This document shows positions 10,431 through 21,014 of a stretch of 64,000 nucleotides of DNA, one piece after another. The notes beneath the pieces were generated by a model that was given only the letters and a program-made list of their open reading frames with translations, did not search any database and was not told the origin of the DNA. The stretch is from a virus. The stretch covers positions 1-64,000 of the IMG/VR virus record IMGVR_UViG_3300011261_000048. One strand, written 5' to 3'. Positions within the stretch are counted from its first letter, which is position 1. Each line of letters begins with the position of its first letter. The position numbers and the translations under genes are program-made.

Positions 10431-12638
10431 TTACATTTTTGGGAGAATATATCCTCCATAAGCATTATTTTGTGTAGTCTTGTATTGTTGTTCAAATTGT
10501 AAAGCAAATTCACCATTATCATCTTCCCATCTATAATTAGGGAAAGTAGCATTGATAACAGACATAAGCCTATCATTTTGTCTTGCATTTTCACTGCCCA
10601 TCTTTTTATCTTTAATATAACCTTGATAGTTAGTACTGATATCAGATAGCCCCATATTTTTAAGGGTAGCTGCCATAGCTCTGTTCTGCTCATTAGCAAT
10701 AATCTCTTGATTACTGATTTGAGTATTTTGAGCATTAGCTGCATTTCTTATTTGAGCATTAGCATTTTCTTGGGCCATATAAGACTGACCTAATTGCTCA
10801 TTAAGATTTCCTGTGATAGCTGCATTTCCAGTAGACATTGCAGTAAGTGCTTCCCCAGAAGATTTAGCACTACCTCTTACATTTTCTCTTTGAATATTTC
10901 TAGCTAAACTAGCTTGCCTAGCCATAGCCTGTCTCTGAGGATCTAAATCTATATTAGCTGCCTTAACTCTATCAAATTTAGTAACTTCAGGTTTCATACC
11001 TCTAATCATATTATCTAAAGCAGGAAGTGATGAAGCTATAAAAGCTTTCTCTTCATTATTACCAGAGGTAGTCTCTTCTCCTTTATTAGTAAGTTTATTT
11101 AAACCTTCTTTAATTTTATCCTTAGTAGTGCCATTCATTTTTAAAGGATTATCTTGGAACTCTACAGGTAACCCTGTATTCCTATCTAGTCCTGCAGGAG
11201 AGTTAAGTGCACTACCTGCTCTAGAAGGAGCATCAAAAGGGTCAATACTTGAAGGTAAAGGAGTAACTCCAAACTGCTGCCCAAAGTCAGGTATAACTCC
11301 TACTGGAATGTCACTACCTTGGGATAAACCTGCTTGAGGTAATTCTAAAAATGGCTTTAAGCCATTATTAAGTTCATCTAGTGGTCCACCTGGCCAAAAC
11401 TGTTTAGGTCTTCCTTGAGCAGTAGCTCTAGCTTTTATTAGTTCTGAAGGTGTGTATTGTTGATTAGACCTAGGTATAGCTCTTTCAGTTTCTGCTAATG
11501 TGTATAAAGTATCTCGATGTATTTCATCTAGTTTCCTTTTAACTTTGTCTGATAAATTTGGATCATTCCTATAATCTGTATTTTTACTAAAGTCACTTAG
11601 AAATTGTTCATCTAAAGGTCCACCATTAGCAAACTGTGAAGGTAAATTTAATTCTCCTCTTTCTGTTTGTAATCTAGGAATAGGTAACTTTGTTATATCT
11701 CTATTAAAACCCTCTAAATTTACAGGGATATCTAACTTATCTTTACTAAAATCTAAGTCTGGAACTTCTACTTGTGTAGAATCTGTTATAGGGCCTCCGT
11801 TAGCAAACTCTTGAGCAGTAGCACCTTCTTGAGACATTGGGTCCATAGGAGGTTGTTCTACAGGAACTTGTCCTTGACCTTGAGGCATTTCTTCTTGCCC
11901 TAGATTTGCTACAGCTTCTTTCTCTGCTATAGCAGCTTGTTTTTCTTTATCTTCAGCTTCCTTAGCAATTCTTATCTGCTCATTAGCTTCCATTAACTTA
12001 GTTAACTCTGCTTTTTGACTTCTTAAAGTTATAGCATCATCTCTAAGTTCGTATTTCTTTTTAATCTTTTTAGCTTCATCAGCAAAAGTAGTTTTAGAAT
12101 CAGGTAAACCTAATCTATCTGAGAAGATGTAGTCATCTACTTTAACTTCTCCACCTTCAACTTCTGCATTGGCTCCCATCTGAACTCCACCTTGTTCATG
12201 TCTTGGCCCGTTTATTTCTTCTATATCTCCACCCATAGCTAGCATAAAGGGGTCTAATGACCCACCATTGGCCCCATAGAATTTACTTTTAAGAGCATTA
12301 AACTGGTCATCTTGTAGTTGATTACCTTTTATATTTGATAGTATTGAGCCACCAATAAATCCTGCTGCAGCTCCAACTCCAGTGCCTAATGGGCCAAAGG
12401 CAGAGCCTAACTTAGCTCCTTGACCTGCTGCTGATATTCCACCAGATAATGTATTTTTTGCTATATCCCTATCAGTAGTCCTATCTGACATACCTTGATC
12501 TCCAAAGGTATCTATTGCAGATGAGGCTAAAGTTGCTCCTGCACTAAACAGGTCAGAACCTAGACCTCCACCATCTCCATACTTAAAAGGGGGTAATTTA
12601 GGAGTAGTTTTTTTCTTTTGTTTTTTATTATTGGCCAT
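10431..12638 (-). CDS. Cargo protein 1-like internal virion protein with Gly-rich hydrophobic segment and repeated xxGG motifs
   Basis: Contains GPRHEQGG...AEVEGGE...YIFSDRL block and AGQGAKLGSAFGPLGTGVGAAAGFIGG hydrophobic stretch. Start moved to ATG 12638 (MANNKK) because the promoter at 12677-12670 overlaps the track start. Confidence 0.7.
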   Translation of the reverse strand: MANNKKQKKKTTPKLPPFKYGDGGGLGSDLFSAGATLASSAIDTFGDQGMSDRTTDRDIAKNTLSGGISAAGQGAKLGSAFGPLGTGVGAAAGFIGGSILSNIKGNQLQDDQFNALKSKFYGANGGSLDPFMLAMGGDIEEINGPRHEQGGVQMGANAEVEGGEVKVDDYIFSDRLGLPDSKTTFADEAKKIKKKYELRDDAITLRSQKAELTKLMEANEQIRIAKEAEDKEKQAAIAEKEAVANLGQEEMPQGQGQVPVEQPPMDPMSQEGATAQEFANGGPITDSTQVEVPDLDFSKDKLDIPVNLEGFNRDITKLPIPRLQTERGELNLPSQFANGGPLDEQFLSDFSKNTDYRNDPNLSDKVKRKLDEIHRDTLYTLAETERAIPRSNQQYTPSELIKARATAQGRPKQFWPGGPLDELNNGLKPFLELPQAGLSQGSDIPVGVIPDFGQQFGVTPLPSSIDPFDAPSRAGSALNSPAGLDRNTGLPVEFQDNPLKMNGTTKDKIKEGLNKLTNKGEETTSGNNEEKAFIASSLPALDNMIRGMKPEVTKFDRVKAANIDLDPQRQAMARQASLARNIQRENVRGSAKSSGEALTAMSTGNAAITGNLNEQLGQSYMAQENANAQIRNAANAQNTQISNQEIIANEQNRAMAATLKNMGLSDISTNYQGYIKDKKMGSENARQNDRLMSVINATFPNYRWEDDNGEFALQFEQQYKTTQNNAYGGYILPKM

Positions 12639-12669
12639 AATATTTGGTATTATCAAGTATATTTGGATA

Positions 12670-12677
12670 CAAATATA
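12670..12677 (-). promoter_or_regulatory. Bacteroidota -7 element TATATTTG
   Basis: TAnnTTTG upstream of the cargo gene, just after a terminator. Confidence 0.7.
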
Positions 12678-12679
12678 CA

Positions 12680-12714
12680 AAAAAAAGATGCTCTTACAAT
12701 GAAGAACATCTTTT
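12680..12714 (-). terminator. Intrinsic terminator after muzzle gene
   Basis: Inverted repeat AAAAGATG..CTT/AAG..CATCTTTT with A/T tracts. Confidence 0.65.
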
Positions 12715-12769
12715 ATTTTGTTTATAACTATGTGATTTATAGTAACATATAGAATTAGAATCTATAACA

Positions 12770-15700
12770 TTACATTGGAGTAGTACTATAAGAGTATATT
12801 AACTCATGAGCTACATGCCTCTTATTCAGGTTGTTATCATATTCTAAAATACAATGTAACCATGGGTTTCTTAATCTTGATTTACCATCTGTAGAATCTC
12901 TAGGAATAGTATATCTCCAAGTTCTCATTCTCCTTTTAATATCTCCACCATTAGTAGCAGGGATTATAGCAGTAGAAACATTAAGAGCTATCTTACCTGT
13001 ATCTTGGTATTCATTGTAAAATTGAATTGAACTAAAAGTCTCATCATACACATCTACACCATCTGTGTCATATAATTCTGACTTGTATTCTAAGTTGTTC
13101 CATACCTTGTTTAGTTGTCCTTTTTCTCCAAGTATAGTATGAAGAATAGACTTATAAGCAGGTTGACCATAGAATGTAGCTGTATCTCCTTCATTATGTA
13201 CATAAGCTGAGCTCCTATCAAAAGGAGAAGCTGACATTAGTCTTCTACCATATTGTAAGTAGATATTAGGTACATAACTGTAAAAAGATTCAAATGCCTG
13301 TATTAACTCGCTGTAACTAATAGTAAATCCTAATTGGGACTTATCTAATAACTCTCCAGAGTTTATAATATCTGATAGTCTTTCTCCTATTAGTACAGAT
13401 AAACCTGTGTCAAAATAATATATATTATTGTTGTACTCTATGTATGTTCCTGCAGGAATAGTATAATCAATAGTAGCAGGGTCATCTTCATGTATATTGG
13501 TAGTCACAAAGTTCTTTAGAAAAGTAAAGAGTACTCTATTATACCTAAAGTCTGCTACTCCGTGTACTCCTACTGCTACACCACAATCTCCTGTAGCTAA
13601 AGTTTTATCTGCTTTAAGTATACTACCTTTAATATTCTTATCAAAGAAAGAACTCATACCTTTCATTTCTGATATAGCATTGGCACCTCCTCCAGAGTAT
13701 TGATACATCTTCTTAAGTCTTGCATCATAATGGTATAAAGCATTCTCAGAAGCTACTACTCCAAACTGATGATAACTTCCTGTGTTAGTAGAAACATAAT
13801 CATAGTTAGGGAAAACTCCTCCAGTACCTAGTACTAACTCTTGGCCAGAACTATCTTGTATTAGACTCCTTTCATTAATTGATGCTACTCCAAAAGCCCT
13901 ATCTTGGTAAAAGAATAATCTATCTTTAAAGTTTATAATTCTATTTATAGGTCCGTATATACCATTAACTTCTGTAGAGTTGGCTATTTTAAAAGACCTC
14001 CAGCTATCTGATAATTCTCCATCTATTTTAGTATCAGATGCCCATAGTTGATGAGGATGCTCTTCTACAAAAGAAGTTAAGAAGTCTAAAGCAAAGAATT
14101 TCTCTTCAGATTTATTCTGGACATTCCACAATGGGTTATATACCCAAGAGTTATTTTCATAGTCTCCTATACCTGCACCACCATCTCTATCTGCAGCCCA
14201 ATGTCTTCCATATCTATAGTCAGCATTAACTGTACTCTCTACAGGGAAACAAAATGCAGTAGATAATTTATTAGTATTAGGCGTATTGTAAACTCCTCCA
14301 TAAGCTGTAGTTTGATTCCAATAGAATTGAATCTGCTCTTCATCATAGTAGTTAACATATGTATCCCCTCCGTATACATCAAATGTAATAGAGTCTGGAA
14401 TATTATCGTTAAGCACTTGATAGTGGTTAGTACTAATGTACTGATTTTTACTTCTATCAGTGTAAGAGTTACCTCCATATTGATTAAGTACAAATCTACA
14501 ATATTGTATCTCTTTTAAATAGATATCACCTGTACATACATTAGTACCTCCAAAACTTAAAGTACCTTTATGGGCAAAGTCATGAGGATGTCTTAAATTT
14601 CCTGCATTTCCAGTAGCATCTGTAGGTGAACCTGTATTATTAGTAACTGAGTTAGTATCATCTAATAGCAGCATCTTTTTAACAGACCCTAATCCTAAAG
14701 GAGTGGGATCTGCTAGTAAGGCTACGGAACAGTTACCTAGTCCTGTACCTGCCCCCCATAAAGCCATTATATCTGTATTATCAAATATAAATTCTCCTAC
14801 TTTTAAATCCCTAGTTGCTTCTATTTCAAATCTTTCTCTACTGTAAGGGTTAGCTATTAAATCTCCTTCTGCTTTATAATAAAAAGCATAAGACCTACTA
14901 CCTACTCCTCCTGATTGATCTCCACCATATAAAGCTAGTGTACTATTATAGTAGCCTCTAGTATCTATGTAATCTCCAGTTTTGAAAGTAGTATTATATA
15001 ATTGCCCTAATGGTCCTAACATATATGTTAGCCTTTTAGCTTGTGCAGAGGTGTCTTGGAAAGAGTCTAACCCTGGGTAATCACTACATATAGCATTCAC
15101 AGGCTGAAATACTCCAAATATATCCAAACCTGCAGTGTAACCTGTAGCTGCACCTGGTCCACCAGGGCCTGTATTTTCCCATAAGTCAGGTAGATTATCT
15201 GTAGTTATCACAGAGGCAAAAAACATTTGAATACCTGAACCTAATTTAGTTTTATCAGATTCTTCTCTTTTAACTCTAACTATAGCGTATGCTTTTACAT
15301 TACTATCTAGAGAAGAAGTATCTACAGTGAATTCTATTCCTAATGATTGTAGATCATCATATGAGCCATTGTTTTCCATTAAAGGATAACCATCATCTAC
15401 ATTAGGGAACTTTACATCCCCTATCCAGTTAACAAATGTTACTGCACCTTTACTATTGTAAAATACTATTCCAAATCTATATGTTTCTCCTCTAGAGTAA
15501 CCTGTGAAATTGTTAGGTAACCATTGTGATGCATTATTTTTTAACTGTCCTCCGTAGTTAATTTCTTTATTGTTTCCATCTGCATCTAGTACTCCTAAGT
15601 TAACAGGGCCATCAGCAGATGTCCATTTATCTACATCCACATGTGGGAAAGTAGTAGTAGGATGACTTAGTTGAAAGTTAGCTGCACTTCCATATGTAGT

Positions 15701-17242
15701 GAATTTATAACTTATATTTTTACCACTACCTCCTAAAGTAGTACCATCTACTTGATATTTATACTGATTAACTGCAGTAAACCATCCTGCATTATCTTCA
15801 TCATTATAACTATTGATAGCATCATGTGTTTCTGGTACAGTATCATATGCAGGAGTAGGACCACTTAAAGTGATATTACCATCTGGGTCTTCAAGTAATG
15901 CATCTGTAGAGCTATTAAACCTATATACTCTAGCATCATAATCTACAGTGAAATCCTCGGTAGTTGTATTAGCAGCAATAAGTTTATTATCTACTACTTC
16001 AATATCTTTAGCTTTATCAAATCCTGATGCCAGTGCATTAAATTCTACAATAGAAATAGGTATAGCATTTTCTATAGAGCTACATACTACTGTAGTTTCC
16101 CCATCAGAAGGTACAAACTCCTCATCAAATTTGTAAATAGCTTTAGTACCGTTTTTAGAATACACTATTACTATATGCTCTATAACATCATAGTCTGTAT
16201 CTAATCCTTTTAAAGTATATGTGACAGACTTAGTACCTGGAGAAGTTACTACTGTATCTCCTTCAAAATCTTGTAAGTCTGTAGTAGTGAAGACGTTACT
16301 AGGTAAATTGACTAAGGGACTAACAGGAGAATATATTGTCTCTGCTCCTCCTGAATCTAATTGTCTATATGCAAATTGTACTACTACACCGTCAGGTAAA
16401 CTTCCTGTACCTATACTATCTATACTAGGTTGTACAAAGGTTACCCCTGACCTTAAATCTAAATTCTCTACAGGAGTTTCAAATACATATGGATCTGCTA
16501 CATTAAGAGTCCTTACTGCACTATAATTATCTGTCCAGTAAACTCTTTTTAATGTTTCTGTTTCATACCTACCAATAGCCCTACCTACTCTGTAGCAGCT
16601 AGAGAATGATACATTATTATTATATCTTAAATGTTCTGTAACAACTAATGTGTTAGATGCTCCAATGTTTTCAATAGTGTCCGTGGCTTCATTATATACA
16701 AGTTGCCATACTTGACCTGCACCTGTAGGAGTATCTCCAGTTTCTGAAGTAGTGAATACTATAATATCATCTACTATAGTAGTCCATCCTATAATCTGTA
16801 AATCAGTTTGAGCAGCAATTAAGTCTACTGTAGCACCTAGAGTACCTACTATAGTTTGAATCTTAGCTCCATTAGTATCCTCAATAACAGTAGTACTTCC
16901 TATCTGATATACTGTAACATCTCCTGCTAAAGCAACTACATTAGCATCTGTACTTATCTGGTCAAAAACATTATCCTCTGTAACAGCAATAACTATTGTA
17001 GGAGTAGCATCTTGAAAAGTGATTGTTACAGTGCCTGTTTGATTACTAACTATACCTTGTTTTTTAATATCTGGAATAGTGAAGCCAATTTTATTACCTT
17101 TTTCTGTTTCTAATGACCCAGTAGATAATCCATCTTCAGTAGTAACTCTAAAATTTAATAAGGAGTAATATGAGTTAGCAGGTCTTTTATTCTTTGCAGA
17201 ATCCTGATTCATTCCTCCTAAATAAGATTGAATTGCTTTCAT
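12770..17242 (-). CDS. Tail muzzle / tail stabilisation protein (crAss Tstab family, 1490 aa)
   Basis: N-terminal GGMNQD, YWTDN, GYSRGETYRFGIVFY, YGGDTY, and C-terminal W.S..KIDGE..DSWR.F / YGPI motifs typical of crAss-like muzzle proteins; synteny. Confidence 0.85.
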   Translation of the reverse strand: MKAIQSYLGGMNQDSAKNKRPANSYYSLLNFRVTTEDGLSTGSLETEKGNKIGFTIPDIKKQGIVSNQTGTVTITFQDATPTIVIAVTEDNVFDQISTDANVVALAGDVTVYQIGSTTVIEDTNGAKIQTIVGTLGATVDLIAAQTDLQIIGWTTIVDDIIVFTTSETGDTPTGAGQVWQLVYNEATDTIENIGASNTLVVTEHLRYNNNVSFSSCYRVGRAIGRYETETLKRVYWTDNYSAVRTLNVADPYVFETPVENLDLRSGVTFVQPSIDSIGTGSLPDGVVVQFAYRQLDSGGAETIYSPVSPLVNLPSNVFTTTDLQDFEGDTVVTSPGTKSVTYTLKGLDTDYDVIEHIVIVYSKNGTKAIYKFDEEFVPSDGETTVVCSSIENAIPISIVEFNALASGFDKAKDIEVVDNKLIAANTTTEDFTVDYDARVYRFNSSTDALLEDPDGNITLSGPTPAYDTVPETHDAINSYNDEDNAGWFTAVNQYKYQVDGTTLGGSGKNISYKFTTYGSAANFQLSHPTTTFPHVDVDKWTSADGPVNLGVLDADGNNKEINYGGQLKNNASQWLPNNFTGYSRGETYRFGIVFYNSKGAVTFVNWIGDVKFPNVDDGYPLMENNGSYDDLQSLGIEFTVDTSSLDSNVKAYAIVRVKREESDKTKLGSGIQMFFASVITTDNLPDLWENTGPGGPGAATGYTAGLDIFGVFQPVNAICSDYPGLDSFQDTSAQAKRLTYMLGPLGQLYNTTFKTGDYIDTRGYYNSTLALYGGDQSGGVGSRSYAFYYKAEGDLIANPYSRERFEIEATRDLKVGEFIFDNTDIMALWGAGTGLGNCSVALLADPTPLGLGSVKKMLLLDDTNSVTNNTGSPTDATGNAGNLRHPHDFAHKGTLSFGGTNVCTGDIYLKEIQYCRFVLNQYGGNSYTDRSKNQYISTNHYQVLNDNIPDSITFDVYGGDTYVNYYDEEQIQFYWNQTTAYGGVYNTPNTNKLSTAFCFPVESTVNADYRYGRHWAADRDGGAGIGDYENNSWVYNPLWNVQNKSEEKFFALDFLTSFVEEHPHQLWASDTKIDGELSDSWRSFKIANSTEVNGIYGPINRIINFKDRLFFYQDRAFGVASINERSLIQDSSGQELVLGTGGVFPNYDYVSTNTGSYHQFGVVASENALYHYDARLKKMYQYSGGGANAISEMKGMSSFFDKNIKGSILKADKTLATGDCGVAVGVHGVADFRYNRVLFTFLKNFVTTNIHEDDPATIDYTIPAGTYIEYNNNIYYFDTGLSVLIGERLSDIINSGELLDKSQLGFTISYSELIQAFESFYSYVPNIYLQYGRRLMSASPFDRSSAYVHNEGDTATFYGQPAYKSILHTILGEKGQLNKVWNNLEYKSELYDTDGVDVYDETFSSIQFYNEYQDTGKIALNVSTAIIPATNGGDIKRRMRTWRYTIPRDSTDGKSRLRNPWLHCILEYDNNLNKRHVAHELIYSYSTTPM

Positions 17243-17342
17243 GTTTTATATATCCATTTAAAATTCATAGCTGTTTTATTTCTCCCTTGACACACTTTAA
17301 GTATCGTGGAAGGATTACATTGTATACTGTACACCCCTGATT

Positions 17343-18167
17343 TCATTCTGCTATATTAAAATAAGTTTCTGTACCTGAGTTATGGTTATTTCTACCATTA
17401 CTATTACCTACTGTATTATGATTATGTCTTTGCTCTGCACTACCTGCAGATTTAAACCCATCAGCATGCTGATTAATTTTAGGGATAAGTCTTATCCAAT
17501 TATTCTTAATAGATTCCATCATATCTACACCAGGCATTACTGCTCTATTTTGTGCAGCACCTATATACCAATCTCTATCTGCTTCTAGTTTTTGATAAAC
17601 GGCTCCAGGCATTTTACCATTGGACCATTTAATAAATCCTAGTCTCCATTTAATATGAGCAGCAACTGCTTCTTTAAACTTAGCATCATCTGGAATTTTA
17701 GGAAAACCTCTATCATCTACAGGCATAGATATCATAGCTATCTTTACATACCCTGTTTTAAAGTTAGTAAAGATATAGTTATCATTTACTTTATATGTTA
17801 ATTCTGAATTACATTGATGGTCATTACTAGCATCACAATACCAATGATGGTAAGCATCAGTAGAATATCTTAGTTGAGTATAGTTTTTAGACTCTCTGCA
17901 TTCTTCTTCAGGAGTACCATCAGCAACAGGACTCCCTGCTATAGTAGTAATCTGGAAAAGTTCTACAGGTAGGCATGCTCTATAATCAGATACATACACT
18001 TCTTTAACTGATTCAATTAGGTAGTAGTTAGCTCCAATTATTTCCATGGCTTCACCAGCCCATTCTAAAGCATCTCCAAATTCTATTGAACCTGATAAAC
18101 CTAAATCTCTATAAACCTTAGAGATAATAGTTTCTACACTTACATATTTTCCATTAAATAAACTCAT
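17343..18167 (-). CDS. Tail ring / tubular protein (crAss Ttub-like)
   Basis: EWAGEA..IG motif and PVDDRGFPKIPDD; directly upstream of the muzzle gene. Confidence 0.8.
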   Translation of the reverse strand: MSLFNGKYVSVETIISKVYRDLGLSGSIEFGDALEWAGEAMEIIGANYYLIESVKEVYVSDYRACLPVELFQITTIAGSPVADGTPEEECRESKNYTQLRYSTDAYHHWYCDASNDHQCNSELTYKVNDNYIFTNFKTGYVKIAMISMPVDDRGFPKIPDDAKFKEAVAAHIKWRLGFIKWSNGKMPGAVYQKLEADRDWYIGAAQNRAVMPGVDMMESIKNNWIRLIPKINQHADGFKSAGSAEQRHNHNTVGNSNGRNNHNSGTETYFNIAE

Positions 18168-18739
18168 AATTCGTAATAATCTATTTTGTTATTAGGGGTT
18201 TTAAGTATTGTACATAACTCTACTTTAGCAGTTCTACAAGGAATAAAAGAATATGCTGATTTCCATTTGTAGTTAGCTTTCCTAGTAGAGTAATACCATT
18301 GTACTATATACCCATTAGTATGTTTATTGAAGTGTCTTACACGTTTTTTTTCTTTCTTTGCTTTAGAATCTACTTCCCATAGATCCATAGTAGCTTTCCA
18401 ATCTACAGGTAAAGGATTAACTAATTCTCCTTCTGCATTTATCCAGGGAGTAATTTTCTTTTTCCTTATACCTAGTATACCCATCTTTCTGGGTAAGTTG
18501 AAATCAAAAGATTCATTTAATATAGCTTCTCTAATCTTTAGATTAAAGGCACTAATAACTTTACAATACACTTCATAGCTAACATAGTAAGGAGTATCCC
18601 TATCTACCTTAGCTCTTTTAATTTCTTCTCCCTTCTCATTAGTATAATCTTTAAAATACTTTCTAGCATAGTACTCAAAGAATTCTTTACTTTTAATGTG
18701 GGCAACATACTTCTCTTTTTGTTTCCCTTTTTTCTGCAT
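18164..18739 (-). CDS. IHF/HU-like DNA-binding protein of the crAss tail module
   Basis: Basic protein with FNLPRKMGILGIRK and VDWKAT..LW...HFNKHTNGY; conserved position before Ttub. Confidence 0.7.
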   Translation of the reverse strand: MQKKGKQKEKYVAHIKSKEFFEYYARKYFKDYTNEKGEEIKRAKVDRDTPYYVSYEVYCKVISAFNLKIREAILNESFDFNLPRKMGILGIRKKKITPWINAEGELVNPLPVDWKATMDLWEVDSKAKKEKKRVRHFNKHTNGYIVQWYYSTRKANYKWKSAYSFIPCRTAKVELCTILKTPNNKIDYYEL

Positions 18740-19431
18740 TATTGTTTATTTAGTAGTTCTTGACCATCATTAGCTGAATCCTTTGGAGACATTATACCTA
18801 GTTGTGATAGGACTTGCTCCTTGATATAAGGTAGCATATGCCTGTTAATAGGGTACTCATCATCAAAAGAAAAGCATGTAGTACCTTCATTATCACATTT
18901 ATAATCTATTAGGTCTGCAGGAGAAGCTACTACTCCTCTTACATTAATATGAGTTAAGTGAACCATATTAGGGTCTGTCATAATTGTATATACATACCCA
19001 TTTAATAAGAAAGCTAAAACTCCTTTACTGTACTTATTCTCTGCACTAGCAGTATAAATTGCTTTATCATAGTCAGTATAAGTAAAAGGTAGTTTAAGTT
19101 TATGTATTGGACCCACTCTAGTAATACCTAATCCTTCAGTAAACTTAATAAAGTTAGGTAACTTTCTACTAGTCCTAAGTACAGTACATCCTAATTCTAC
19201 AGTGCAACATTCTGCTGCATCTACTTCAATTAATTCTAGGCATCCTAAATCACTAGTTATCTGAGTATCAATATTCTGACCTGGCTTATCATATTCCCTT
19301 TTTAACCAAAGTGCTCTCTGGTTGTCTATTTGGTATATAACTTGTTCTTCTGATATTTCAGTATCGTCAGAGATTTGATGACCTCTGATGACCTCCATTA
19401 CATCAAATATAATCTCATTGAATGTTGGCAT
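18739..19431 (-). CDS. Tail ring protein
   Basis: ISDD...RALWLKRE and C-terminal CFSFDDEYPI...D..ND pattern; synteny. Confidence 0.7.
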   Translation of the reverse strand: MPTFNEIIFDVMEVIRGHQISDDTEISEEQVIYQIDNQRALWLKREYDKPGQNIDTQITSDLGCLELIEVDAAECCTVELGCTVLRTSRKLPNFIKFTEGLGITRVGPIHKLKLPFTYTDYDKAIYTASAENKYSKGVLAFLLNGYVYTIMTDPNMVHLTHINVRGVVASPADLIDYKCDNEGTTCFSFDDEYPINRHMLPYIKEQVLSQLGIMSPKDSANDGQELLNKQ

Positions 19432-19434
19432 AGT

Positions 19435-20508
19435 CTAGTATAATTTATTGTTGAAAGAGAAATGATTATTTTTAAAATCTACTATAGTAGGATACGCTAC
19501 ATTATCTTTTAATGTTACCGTAAGTATACCATTTCTCCAGTTTTCTTTTTGTGACTTAGACATGTAACTAAATACAGGGCTATCTTTATCTCCTCCCCAA
19601 CCACAGTTATATCCTGCAATGTTACTTTCAAAGTAAGTACCCATTCTATGAGTATGGAAGAAAGCTATGTTTCTATGTAGCTCTGCAGCATGTTTATGTG
19701 CAGCATGTTTATTACACCACTCTCCATGGATAATTTCTAAGTCTCCTAATTTTACATTAGCAGTTTTCCAGTTAAATTGTGTATTGTAACCTCTATGTTT
19801 AAAGCATGCATCGTAAGGAGACTTTGCTCCAGCTCTACCTAAGTAGTTGTTATCTACATCTTTACCCCATTGGTTATACCAATCTTCATGGTTTCCATAG
19901 AAGTATTCTTTAATTATTTTCCTATCTCCTATAGCAGCATCTAATTCATCAAGAGCAAGGTTTGCCTCTTTGTATTCTCTAGCTAATGTATATCCAGGAA
20001 GTCTAATCTTACCTTTACTGTGTCTTGATATAGAATGCATATCTAAGATATCTCCTGCAAGGACAATACCTTTAAGATCTTCCATATCAGCTATAAGTTT
20101 ACAGGTAGCTGTCCACATTTCCTTATTATGGAAAGGTAAGTGACTACAACCTAGTACTACGTAGTTACCGTCTTTAAACTTACTAGTAGTATAAGAAGGT
20201 TTATCTACTTCTTTTTCTACTCTAGTTAACAAGTCAATAGCTTCTTCTATTTTTCCTGCACTTATTAAAGCAGTAGCAGTAAATTGAAGGGCTTCTTGTT
20301 TAGACATTGCTACTTCAGCATCTTTAAGCTTAGATTGAATAAAGTCTATATGAATAGCTTCCCCACCTCTAATCTCATTTTTCACTTCTCTAATAGCTTG
20401 CTTAGCGAGATGTTTAGGAATATCAAACTGTAAAGACAGTCTATGTGGTCCAGACTTTAAGTATCCTTGTTTATCTCTTAGTACTTCTTTTAGTTGATTC
20501 TTAGTCAT
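19435..20508 (-). CDS. Calcineurin-like metallophosphoesterase
   Basis: Motifs GCSH, GDILD, GNHED, HG, HTHR. Confidence 0.85.
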   Translation of the reverse strand: MTKNQLKEVLRDKQGYLKSGPHRLSLQFDIPKHLAKQAIREVKNEIRGGEAIHIDFIQSKLKDAEVAMSKQEALQFTATALISAGKIEEAIDLLTRVEKEVDKPSYTTSKFKDGNYVVLGCSHLPFHNKEMWTATCKLIADMEDLKGIVLAGDILDMHSISRHSKGKIRLPGYTLAREYKEANLALDELDAAIGDRKIIKEYFYGNHEDWYNQWGKDVDNNYLGRAGAKSPYDACFKHRGYNTQFNWKTANVKLGDLEIIHGEWCNKHAAHKHAAELHRNIAFFHTHRMGTYFESNIAGYNCGWGGDKDSPVFSYMSKSQKENWRNGILTVTLKDNVAYPTIVDFKNNHFSFNNKLY

Positions 20509-20965
20509 TTATAAAAAATTCAGTTAATATTCCTAGTACTCTTGAGTCTACCTCAGTAGATTTTTCTAAAAAACGTTGTATAGTAAAAGTTGTGTATTCA
20601 CCATTAACTTTAACTAGTACTTCTTCATCTTTAGATACAGTAGGAAAATTAATTTCTACTTCTGCTTCAGTAATAGCCTTTATAGCTTCTACCATGGCCT
20701 CTTCATCTGAAGACTCAAAATCCGTAACCATTAATTCTTTTGCGGCATCTATTCCTTCTTTAAGGATACCTTTACCTTCCTCATCTCTAGTAATATACTT
20801 ATCTATAGCGTCTTGCTTTTTATTAAGTGTATCTTCTACTACTTCTCCAAGTTGAGTTTTAACTTCTAGTAACTCAGTTTTTAATACTGGAATACCTCTT
20901 CCAATAATGTTTCCTAAGATGCTATCTAGCATCATTACTTCTTCTACTTTTAATTTCTTCTCCAT
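20501..20965 (-). CDS. Hypothetical acidic protein
   Basis: ORF track; own TATCTTTG promoter. Confidence 0.6.
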   Translation of the reverse strand: MEKKLKVEEVMMLDSILGNIIGRGIPVLKTELLEVKTQLGEVVEDTLNKKQDAIDKYITRDEEGKGILKEGIDAAKELMVTDFESSDEEAMVEAIKAITEAEVEINFPTVSKDEEVLVKVNGEYTTFTIQRFLEKSTEVDSRVLGILTEFFIND

Positions 20966-20987
20966 GACATCGTTTTTAGTTATAATG

Positions 20988-20995
20988 CAAAGATA
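20988..20995 (-). promoter_or_regulatory. Bacteroidota -7 element TATCTTTG
   Basis: TAnnTTTG about 23 nt upstream of ATG 20965. Confidence 0.7.
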
Positions 20996-21014
20996 AGAAA
21001 TTAAAATTTAATAA

